DNA of 64,000 nt from Flavobacteriales bacterium (GTDB lineage: Bacteria > Bacteroidota > Bacteroidia > UBA10329): NCBI GenBank assembly GCA_021741075.1, contig JAIOYO010000014.1, positions 1,110 through 65,109 of the forward strand, in the 5' to 3' direction. Every line of letters starts with the position of its first letter. The stretch's first letter is position 1. The notes beneath the pieces are model-generated. The model was not told the origin of the DNA, searched no databases, and saw only the letters and a program-made list of their open reading frames with translations. The translations under genes and the position numbers were made by a program. Below are positions 45,786-53,351 of this stretch, piece after piece.

Positions 45786-46585
45786 ACCAACCCTTATCTT
45801 TCGTACATCCTCAGGCGAAAATTGCAGACAATGTGGTTATTGAACCATTCGTAACCATCCATAAGAATGTGGAAATTGGGCAAGGGTGCTGGATTGGTTC
45901 TAATGTCACCATTATGGAAGGCGCAAGAATTGGCAAGAACTGCCGAATTTTTCCTGGAGCAGTTATTTCGGCCATTCCGCAAGATTTAAAATTTGATGGA
46001 GAAGAATCGTTTGTAGAAATTGGCGATAATGTCACCATCCGTGAGTGCGTTACCATCAATAGAGGTACAAAAGCAAGCGGGAGAACCGTTATTGGCGACA
46101 ATTCTATGCTGATGGCGTATGTGCACGTGGCGCACGATTGTGTCATTGGAAAAGGCGTGATTTTAGCCAATGCTTGTACGCTTGCCGGGCATATCGTTAT
46201 TGGCGATTACGCCATTATAGGCGGCATGTCGGCATTGCACCAATTTGTACGCATTGGAGCGCACGCCATTCTTTCGGGAGGTGCGTTGGTTGGTAAAGAT
46301 GTTCCGCCATACAGCAAGGCAGCGCGTTATCCATTAAGCTATTCAGGCGTGAATAGCGTTGGTATGAAACGCAGAGGATTCTCGGTGGAGAAAGTTCGAG
46401 AGATTCAAGAAATCTATCGTGTGTTATTCCTTAAACATTACAACGTAACGCAAGCCCTTTCTCAGTTGGAAGCGGAATTCCCGGTAACGGATGAGCGCGA
46501 TGAAATCATTGATTTTGTACGCGAATCGAAGCGTGGAATTATGAAAGGATATCAATTCCTGAATGGAAACGGTTCAAAAGATTAA
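45782..46585 (+). CDS. lpxA: Acyl-ACP--UDP-GlcNAc O-acyltransferase
   Basis: 267 aa. Hexapeptide repeats, 'MAYVHVAHDCVIG' and 'GVNSVGMKRRGFS'. Confidence 0.9.
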   Translation: MNQPLSFVHPQAKIADNVVIEPFVTIHKNVEIGQGCWIGSNVTIMEGARIGKNCRIFPGAVISAIPQDLKFDGEESFVEIGDNVTIRECVTINRGTKASGRTVIGDNSMLMAYVHVAHDCVIGKGVILANACTLAGHIVIGDYAIIGGMSALHQFVRIGAHAILSGGALVGKDVPPYSKAARYPLSYSGVNSVGMKRRGFSVEKVREIQEIYRVLFLKHYNVTQALSQLEAEFPVTDERDEIIDFVRESKRGIMKGYQFLNGNGSKD

Positions 46586-47214
46586 TGTCTTCCAATCAGA
46601 TTTCTTTGCGGAATGTAGGGAAACGGTATAATCACGAGTGGATTTTCCGAGGCGTTACTCACACCTTTAAACAAAACCAACACACGGTAATTCGTGGAGC
46701 CAATGGCTCTGGTAAATCCACCTTACTTCAAGTCATTTTAGGAAGCACCTTTGCTTCTGAAGGAGAGCTTTCTTATTCTACCAAGGGAAACGAATTGAAG
46801 ATAGAGGAGAGTCTAGGGCTCTTCTCATTGGCAACGCCCTATTTAGAGTTGGTTGAGGAGTTTACTCTAATTGAAATGTTGGAATTTCATCAGAAAATGA
46901 AGGCGTTCGAGGCTGGATTAACGATTGAATCCATTATTGAAACACTATATCTTACAGATTCTAAGGATAAGGCAATCAAGTATTATTCTTCAGGAATGAA
47001 GCAGCGTGTTAAGCTTGGTTTGGCCTTGCTTTCAGACACACCTTTTGTATTGCTTGACGAACCAACTTCCAATTTGGATGCAGCTGCGATTGAGTGGTAC
47101 AAGAATTTGGTGGAAGCGAACAAAGACGGTCGTATCATCATTGTCTGTTCTAACGACCAGAAAGACGAATTCAGTTTCTGTTCAGAGGAACTGAATGTGA
47201 ACGATTACAAGTAG
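46585..47214 (+). CDS. ABC transporter ATP-binding protein (stand-alone, short)
   Basis: Walker A 'GANGSGKST', signature 'YSSGMKQR' and Walker B 'LLDEPTSNLD'. 209 aa. Confidence 0.8.
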   Translation: MSSNQISLRNVGKRYNHEWIFRGVTHTFKQNQHTVIRGANGSGKSTLLQVILGSTFASEGELSYSTKGNELKIEESLGLFSLATPYLELVEEFTLIEMLEFHQKMKAFEAGLTIESIIETLYLTDSKDKAIKYYSSGMKQRVKLGLALLSDTPFVLLDEPTSNLDAAAIEWYKNLVEANKDGRIIIVCSNDQKDEFSFCSEELNVNDYK

Positions 47215-47670
47215 CTATTTCAGCTTAAAATTTAACGAAGCCGAATTGATGCAATACCTCAACCCTGTTGGATTAGGACCATCATCAAACACATGGCCTA
47301 AATGGGCGTTACAGCGGGCGCAGTGCACTTCATCTCGCATCATGCCAAAACTCCTATCGGTAGATTTCTCTACATGATTCCCTATGTAGGTGTAATAACT
47401 GGGCCATCCCGTGCCGCTGTCATACTTGGTCTTTGATTCGAATAACTCCAAATCGCAGCAAATGCAGGTGTAAATACCTTCTGCCTTATTGTCCCAATAA
47501 GCCCCGGTAAAAGCACGTTCGGTACCGTGCTGGCGCGTAACTCGGTATTGCTCGTCTGTCAGCTTCGTCTTATAATAACTATCAGGTTTTACCTCTTTCT
47601 GAATACGCGTTTGACTCCAAGCAGTAGAAGTAACCAATAGAATGGCGATGAATGGAAGTAGCTTTTTCAT
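47215..47670 (-). CDS. msrB: Peptide-methionine (R)-S-oxide reductase MsrB with signal peptide
   Basis: Signal '[17 protein letters not shown]'. 'GTERAFTG', Zn CxxC pairs 'CICC' and 'CARC', and catalytic 'RYCINS'. Confidence 0.9.
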   Translation of the reverse strand: MKKLLPFIAILLVTSTAWSQTRIQKEVKPDSYYKTKLTDEQYRVTRQHGTERAFTGAYWDNKAEGIYTCICCDLELFESKTKYDSGTGWPSYYTYIGNHVEKSTDRSFGMMRDEVHCARCNAHLGHVFDDGPNPTGLRYCINSASLNFKLK

Positions 47671-47714
47671 AACCTATCAACGCTTTATGGCTTCGGTTGT
47701 TTATCGGCCCAACG

Positions 47715-48473
47715 CTACTTGAGTTTATTTAATGCTGCAAGTATTGCACTTGGTTCAGCTCGGTTTCTATAATCTACGTCCAAAAACGCGTAGTGGATTA
47801 TACCATCGGTACCAATCACATAAGTGGCAGCTAACGGGAGTTCATCTGTTTCATCTCCATTGTAGGCATGCAGATTGAACCCTTTCTGATAGCGTGCAGC
47901 CACATCAGCCGTTAGTTTGAATACCACGCCAAAGTTGCGAGCCACTTTATTGCCAACATCAGAAAGAACATCAAACTCCAATGCATGCTTTTCTGTAGTA
48001 GACATGGAGCTATCTGGCAGCTCGGGGGTAAGCGCTATTAATTGACCGCCTGCTGCCTTAAACTCGGGCAGCTTCTCTTGCAAGAATGCCAACGTAATGT
48101 TGCAATACGGACACCATCCACCTCTATACCACGTAAGAATTACGGGGCCGTTTTTCAATAAATCAGATAATTTAACCGCTGCGCCTGTTTGGTTGTTTAG
48201 GGTAAAATCGTGGGCTTTATCGCCCACATTTAATGCAGAACTCAGAATGCCCGATTCTTCTACTGCTTTTAGTCCGGCATCATAGGAAGCAATCTTTTCC
48301 GAATCTGCTTTCTCAAGGAAGGCTGCTTTCTTCTCATTAAGAATAGCACCAAGAGTTGGTTGTTCTTCGGTAGTTGCGGTAGGTGCTGTTTCTTCAGGTT
48401 CTTGAGTTGGCATATCTTGTTTACAAGCAGTTAGTGCGAAAAGTGTGAATAATAAAAAGGAAATCGATTTCAT
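47715..48473 (-). CDS. Peroxiredoxin-like / thioredoxin-fold lipoprotein (AhpC/TSA family)
   Basis: Lipobox 'FALTACKQD'. Active-site context 'LTWYRGGWCPYCN'. 252 aa. Confidence 0.8.
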   Translation of the reverse strand: MKSISFLLFTLFALTACKQDMPTQEPEETAPTATTEEQPTLGAILNEKKAAFLEKADSEKIASYDAGLKAVEESGILSSALNVGDKAHDFTLNNQTGAAVKLSDLLKNGPVILTWYRGGWCPYCNITLAFLQEKLPEFKAAGGQLIALTPELPDSSMSTTEKHALEFDVLSDVGNKVARNFGVVFKLTADVAARYQKGFNLHAYNGDETDELPLAATYVIGTDGIIHYAFLDVDYRNRAEPSAILAALNKLK

Positions 48474-48666
48474 AGATGATGGTTTGAAGTTTTTGCTAAA
48501 CTAAGAAGGTACAATAGCTGGGTTTGTAAGCCGCCCGACCAAGAGCTAGACTTACGCATCTGAATTAAAATATTCAGATAGAATGGCAACCAACGTGTTT
48601 GTAAATCCGGGTTTTGGAATGAGAAACGAGAAACCGACTGGCGATAACCGTCCTTTGTTTTTCGAC

Positions 48667-48674
48667 TATATTTG
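48667..48674 (+). promoter_or_regulatory. Bacteroidota -7 promoter box (TAnnTTTG) upstream of the sigma-factor locus
   Basis: TATATTTG ends 37 nt upstream of the ATG at 48712. Confidence 0.35.
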
Positions 48675-48817
48675 AGAGTGAAGATTTTCTTGCAGAACAT
48701 CAATTACGCGGATGAAGGTTGAGTTTGTTTCTACGTGGAATAGTAAATTTATAACCTTAATAGACCTACATCAATAATCAGCAGTCTTTCGATTTTGTTT
48801 ATGAGACCTATTCCAAG

Positions 48818-49300
48818 ATGGTCTTCAACGTGTGTCTCAACTATTTGCAGAACTCGCAAGATGCAGAAGAGGTAACGCAGGATGTGTTCGTAAAAGTTCA
48901 CAGTAAACTAGATACGTTTAAAGCCGAATCGGAACTCAAAACGTGGGTGTATCGTATTTCGGTCAATCAGTCGTTAGATTTTATAAAAGCCAAAACGAGG
49001 AAGAAGCGTTTTGGATTTCATCTGTTCATTCACACAGATGTGAAGGAAGATTCGGCTGCCTTTTCTTCCTTTGACCATCCTGGAATACAGTTTGAGAATA
49101 AGGAAGCCACTGAGCAGATATTCCGGGCCATCAACCAATTGCCCGAACGGCAGAAAACGGCTTTACTCTTGAAGTCGATGGAAGAATTGAGTCAGAACGA
49201 AATAGCTGAAGTAATGGAGTTATCTACGAAAGCGGTAGAGTCGCTTCTATCGAGAGCGCGTGCAACTCTGAAAGAAATTTTGAAGAACAACGAAGGATGA
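48818..49300 (+). CDS. ECF-type RNA polymerase sigma-70 factor (5' end probably disrupted by a frameshift, see findings)
   Basis: Region 2 'DAEEVTQDVFVKVH...KTWVYRISVNQSLDFIK'. Region 4 'LPERQKTALLLKSMEELSQNEIAEVMELSTKAVESLLSRAR'. Confidence 0.85.
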   Translation: MVFNVCLNYLQNSQDAEEVTQDVFVKVHSKLDTFKAESELKTWVYRISVNQSLDFIKAKTRKKRFGFHLFIHTDVKEDSAAFSSFDHPGIQFENKEATEQIFRAINQLPERQKTALLLKSMEELSQNEIAEVMELSTKAVESLLSRARATLKEILKNNEG

Positions 49301-49331
49301 TAAATCATTGGTCGTCTAACTAAATAGCAAC

Positions 49332-49613
49332 ATGGAATTAGAGAAACAAATAGAGTTACTTACTACGGTAGATAGAGTGGATGTTCCTCCGTTGTTGAAA
49401 ACACGTATTGATGCGCGTATTCGGCAAGTTGCGGAAGATTCTCTTTCTAATGGTTGGGTGTGGAGTTTTGCTGCCACAGTTGCCCTTCTGATAGTGGTTA
49501 ATAGTATGGTTTTTCTTCGCGTAACTGGGGAATCTACATCCAGCGAGAGTGAAGTCTACACGATTACTCAAGGAATGGGAATAAACGTTTCTAATCAGTT
49601 GTATAATGACTAA
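49332..49613 (+). CDS. Putative anti-sigma factor (small single-pass membrane protein)
   Basis: 93 aa with one TM ('WVWSFAATVALLIVVNSMVFL'). The call rests on its position directly after the ECF sigma; no recognisable domain. Confidence 0.45.
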   Translation: MELEKQIELLTTVDRVDVPPLLKTRIDARIRQVAEDSLSNGWVWSFAATVALLIVVNSMVFLRVTGESTSSESEVYTITQGMGINVSNQLYND

Positions 49614-50094
49614 GACACGCATTCTCACGATTTTGGTTGTATTGATGGTGCTGTTGAACATTGGAACATTAGCTTTCTTCTTAAAACAGAATCATCATAA
49701 ACAACGGCCACATGGTCGCAATGAGGCAGGTCCAAAGGATATCGTAATTGAAAAATTGAAACTCAATGATGAGCAAATTGCTACCTATAATCAGTTGATT
49801 GTAGAACACCAACTTGCAATTCGCGAAAATGATTCACTGATGATGGCGACCCGCCATGAGTTGTATAATCAACTGATGAATCAGGATCAAACCGAAATTG
49901 ATATACAGCTTAATGCAGTCGCTAAACTTCAGAAACAAGTAGAGATTGTACACTTTCAGCATTTCCAAAAGCTCAAGTCACTCTGCTCAGAAGATCAACT
50001 TTCTGATTTTGAAGAGCTTGCAGAGGAAATGGCTGCTCTTTTTAATGGCGTCAGGCCTCCACATGGACAAAGACCACCACCTCCAAGGCATTGA
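49606..50094 (+). CDS. Spy/CpxP-like periplasmic protein ('periplasmic heavy metal sensor' type)
   Basis: N-terminal TM/signal, then a helical body with LxxxQ-type motifs ('LNDEQI', 'CSEDQL'). Pro/His-rich tail 'RPPHGQRPPPPRH'. 8-nt overlap with the upstream gene. Confidence 0.55.
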   Translation: MTKTRILTILVVLMVLLNIGTLAFFLKQNHHKQRPHGRNEAGPKDIVIEKLKLNDEQIATYNQLIVEHQLAIRENDSLMMATRHELYNQLMNQDQTEIDIQLNAVAKLQKQVEIVHFQHFQKLKSLCSEDQLSDFEELAEEMAALFNGVRPPHGQRPPPPRH

Positions 50095-50753
50095 AATGTG
50101 CATTCATAAATCTTTTTATTGCTTTTTTATCAGTAGGCATTAACGCACAATCGGTTCAGTTCGTGCCTAGTTTTGGAGAACAAGAATTGAAGTTGGATAC
50201 CACTTACCTATTGCATAGTGGAATCGAAGTGAAGATTGAAACCCTCCGATTTTACATTTCCAATCTAGAGATCTATAAGAATGGGGCAGTAGTGTGGAAG
50301 GAAAAGGATAGCCACCATTTGCTAGATGCTGCAACACCAGAATCCTTGAAATTTCCTGTTCCAATCGATAAAGGCGATAAACTGGTGTTCCTGTTGGGAA
50401 CAGACAGCGTGACGAATGTTTCAGGTGCTATGGGTGGTGCCTTGGACCCCAGTAATGGAATGTATTGGGCATGGAATAGCGGCTACATCAACTTTAAACT
50501 AGAGGGCACAAGCTCTGTTTGCGTCACACGAAACAACGGCTTCGAGTTTCATTTGGGCGGCTATACTCGCGAGCATGCAACCGTGCAACAAATAGAACTG
50601 CTCATTACGGGAAATGAAATTCTGGTTGATCTGAAAGCATTTCTTAGCCAAGTAAGCCTTGCCGAGCAGAACAAGATTATGTCGCCAGGAACAGAGGCGG
50701 TGCTTTTATCGCAGAAGGCAGCTTCTATTTTTCGGTTTAAGAATGAGAAGTAA
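50091..50753 (+). CDS. mbnP: MbnP family protein (copper-binding partner of MbnH)
   Basis: Signal peptide. 'LRFYISNLEIYKNGAVV' and 'GALDPSNGMYWAWNSGYINFKLEG' match the MbnP family pattern as I recall it. TTG start overlaps the upstream TGA. Confidence 0.7.
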   Translation: MKCAFINLFIAFLSVGINAQSVQFVPSFGEQELKLDTTYLLHSGIEVKIETLRFYISNLEIYKNGAVVWKEKDSHHLLDAATPESLKFPVPIDKGDKLVFLLGTDSVTNVSGAMGGALDPSNGMYWAWNSGYINFKLEGTSSVCVTRNNGFEFHLGGYTREHATVQQIELLITGNEILVDLKAFLSQVSLAEQNKIMSPGTEAVLLSQKAASIFRFKNEK

Positions 50754-51759
50754 ATTCATTGTCGTTGGTTTAATATGGGTTGGTTTGGTGGCAGCAACTC
50801 TGCCAACCCTCATTAAGGTAACATTGTTTTACCCATCCAGCTGGCCAAAACCTGTTTACGATTTTGAGAAAAGTGCCCTCTCAAAAGAAGGAATTTCCTT
50901 AGGAAGAAAACTCTTTTACGACCCATTACTCTCTGCCGATAGCACCATTTCGTGCAGCCATTGCCACCTTTCGTATACCGCTTTTACTCACGTAGACCAC
51001 GACTTAAGCCATGGCATCAGAGATAGCATTGGAACACGTAATTCTCCTGCGCTTATGAATTTAGCATGGAACGATAAGTTTATGTGGGATGGAGCGGTCA
51101 ACCATTTGGATATGCAGGCATTGGCTCCCATAACTCATCCAGCAGAAATGGGCGAAAATTTGAATAACGTAATTGCAAAACTTCAGCGGACATCATCTTA
51201 TCCAAAGCTTTTTCAAGCTGCTTTTGGAGATAGCATCGTTACGGGCAAACACATTCTAAAAGCACTTTCACAGTTTCAGCTTACGTTGGTTTCCGCCAAT
51301 TCTAAATACGATAAAATGAAGCGGGGAGAGTACGACTTTACCGAACAAGAGCAACGGGGCTATCAGCTATTCAAAGCCAATTGCAACTCCTGCCACCAAG
51401 AGCCTCTGTTCACAAACGGTGCGTTTGAGAATACAGGCCTGCCTGTTGATACAACTCTGAATGATTACGGTAGAATGCTGATAACCAAAATCGCTTCCGA
51501 CTCCCTTCGGTTTAAGGTGCCTACCTTAAGAAATATAGAATACTCGTATCCATACATGCACGATGGGCGGTTTAAAACCATTCGTCAGGTTCTCAACCAT
51601 TATGGAGATGGTATTTTCGATTCGGAAACATTGGCCAACGAACTGAAAGGCGGCATACCACTTACCAGCAACGAAAAGGTAGACCTTACAGCGTTTCTGC
51701 TCACTTTAACCGATAAGGAGTTTCTGTTCAATCCCGAATTCGCTTTCCCGAGAAATTAA
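50743..51759 (+). CDS. mbnH: MbnH-like di-heme cytochrome c peroxidase family enzyme
   Basis: Two heme-binding sites, 'CSHCH' and 'CNSCH'. 'NSPALMN', 'FMWDG' and 'PYMHDG' are typical of the CCP/MauG superfamily. Start at 50743 overlaps mbnP by 11 nt. Confidence 0.8.
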   Translation: MRSKFIVVGLIWVGLVAATLPTLIKVTLFYPSSWPKPVYDFEKSALSKEGISLGRKLFYDPLLSADSTISCSHCHLSYTAFTHVDHDLSHGIRDSIGTRNSPALMNLAWNDKFMWDGAVNHLDMQALAPITHPAEMGENLNNVIAKLQRTSSYPKLFQAAFGDSIVTGKHILKALSQFQLTLVSANSKYDKMKRGEYDFTEQEQRGYQLFKANCNSCHQEPLFTNGAFENTGLPVDTTLNDYGRMLITKIASDSLRFKVPTLRNIEYSYPYMHDGRFKTIRQVLNHYGDGIFDSETLANELKGGIPLTSNEKVDLTAFLLTLTDKEFLFNPEFAFPRN

Positions 51760-51769
51760 AATTAACTGT

Positions 51770-51797
51770 GACGAAGGATGCGATACATCCTGTCGTC
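51770..51797 (+). terminator. Weak terminator-like hairpin after mbnH
   Basis: GACGA-A-GGATG cgata CATCC-TG-TCGTC. No clear T-run follows. Confidence 0.3.
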
Positions 51798-51841
51798 TAA
51801 TTAAGCCACAACTAAACAAATTCCATCAGTAAACCATTTCC

Positions 51842-53203
51842 ATGAAAAAAGTAATCATCATTGCTGTATTGGCCATGTTCGGTCAAGCACAAGCACAAAG
51901 TCCGGCTGTTACAGCTTGGCTGCAGAACAACACGCTTTACGGTAGCTACTATAGCGGTGGTAATTTCACGCCTCTTGCTATGACCGTATTGGCAAACTGC
52001 CAAGAGGTGAGCTATTCCAATAATTGGGTGTATGTGAAAACAAGAGGTATTCCAGCCTATCCAACAGGAATTTTTACAGGAGATGGAAATACAAATTTGG
52101 CAGGTGATCAGAATGCCATCTACAAATTTCCCTTAAACCCAACCGAGAACACAGGAACACCAACAGCTACTAGCGCAGGAAATAATGGCGTTTTCGTCAA
52201 TGGCGTTTCCTTGTTTGATTGGCGTGATGGAGTGGCGTACAGTGCCAGTGCAGTAAATGGTATCTGTGGAGGCCCTCCCGGAAATCCTATGTGTTCAGGC
52301 GGACCGGGATCTACCCAAGCTTGGAACAGAGATGCAGTTCCTGCTGAAAAGGAAGGATTCGATTGTTCAAAAGGCCATCCTGCTGGAACTAATTACCACC
52401 ATCACCAAAATCCAAGTGCTTTTAAACACGATAGCGAGACCTCTTCAACCTATTCTGATATCTGCGATTTGTACGATGCTGATGGATTGTACACCATTGT
52501 TCCAACAGAACACTCTCCATTAATCGGCTTTGCATATGATGGATTCCCAATCTATGGCGCCTACGGATATGCCAATACGGATGGAACGGGTGCAATAACA
52601 AGAATGAAATCGAGCTATCAGTTGACTAGCAACACCACGCGGGTCAATGGGCCGAATATGAATCAAGTAATTGGAACACAGACTTTTTTCAACGGCTATT
52701 TCAAAGAAGACTATGTTTATGTTGCTAATGCGGGTCAGGATTATTTGGATGAACACAACGGTCGCGTTTGTGTAACACCAGAATATCCGCAGGGAACTTA
52801 CTGCTACTTTGCTACGGTAAATGCTGATAATTCTTCTGCCTATCCATATATCATCGGACCAACCTTTTATGGCAACAAAACCGCAGCAAAAGTTACCTCT
52901 ATCAGTGAATCTGTTACCGTTTACACGCCATCTTTAACTGGTATATCTGAGAGCAACGAGCATAACCTGAACGTGACGGTTTTCCCTAATCCAGCAGCAG
53001 ATTTTATTGGAGTACAAGTAAATGGTTTGGTGAAAGAGAATCTTCCAGTGACTGTTTATGACTTGGCTGGAAAGTTGGTTGCAACTGGCCAGGTTACCGC
53101 AGGAACTACAACTTGGTATCTTGATACGAGGACAATGTATGATGGAACGTATTTGGTGAATATTGCAAATACTACAAAGCGAGTAGTTATATCGAGAGAT
53201 TAA
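51842..53203 (+). CDS. YHYH-domain protein with T9SS type A C-terminal sorting domain
   Basis: Signal peptide. 'GHPAGTNYHHHQNP' and 'FAYDGFPIYGAYGY' (YHYH domain). C-terminal 'VTVFPNPAADFIGVQVNG...GTYLVNIANTTKRVVISRD'. Confidence 0.75.
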   Translation: MKKVIIIAVLAMFGQAQAQSPAVTAWLQNNTLYGSYYSGGNFTPLAMTVLANCQEVSYSNNWVYVKTRGIPAYPTGIFTGDGNTNLAGDQNAIYKFPLNPTENTGTPTATSAGNNGVFVNGVSLFDWRDGVAYSASAVNGICGGPPGNPMCSGGPGSTQAWNRDAVPAEKEGFDCSKGHPAGTNYHHHQNPSAFKHDSETSSTYSDICDLYDADGLYTIVPTEHSPLIGFAYDGFPIYGAYGYANTDGTGAITRMKSSYQLTSNTTRVNGPNMNQVIGTQTFFNGYFKEDYVYVANAGQDYLDEHNGRVCVTPEYPQGTYCYFATVNADNSSAYPYIIGPTFYGNKTAAKVTSISESVTVYTPSLTGISESNEHNLNVTVFPNPAADFIGVQVNGLVKENLPVTVYDLAGKLVATGQVTAGTTTWYLDTRTMYDGTYLVNIANTTKRVVISRD

Positions 53204-53302
53204 GAGAAAAAGGCACTGTTTAAACGCGTGCTAAAGGAACAGAGAGGGAGAGGAGAAGGATGGTGGTAGCCCCCGTTTGACATTGGCTAGACACGCTTAA
53301 TT

Positions 53303-53333
53303 GCCGGTTGCAGTTTATTGCAACTGGCTTTTT
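53303..53333 (+). terminator. Rho-independent terminator
   Basis: Stem GCCGGTTGCA/TGCAACTGGC (one G-U pair), 6-nt loop, then T5. Confidence 0.7.
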
Positions 53334-53351
53334 AGTTTCTACACCGAAACG

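Noticed and set aside
48630-48652. ECF-type promoter look-alike GAAAC-N14-CGTC upstream of the sigma locus (possible autoregulation).
   Set aside because: The 14-nt spacing between AAC and CGT is shorter than the 16-17 nt typical of ECF promoters, and Bacteroidota ECF consensus sequences are not known to me. This is too weak to call.
48470-48703. 77-aa minus-strand ORF in the divergent spacer between the peroxiredoxin-like gene and the sigma locus.
   Set aside because: No motifs. It overlaps the probable sigma promoter and the 5' region, and it overlaps the start of the upstream gene.
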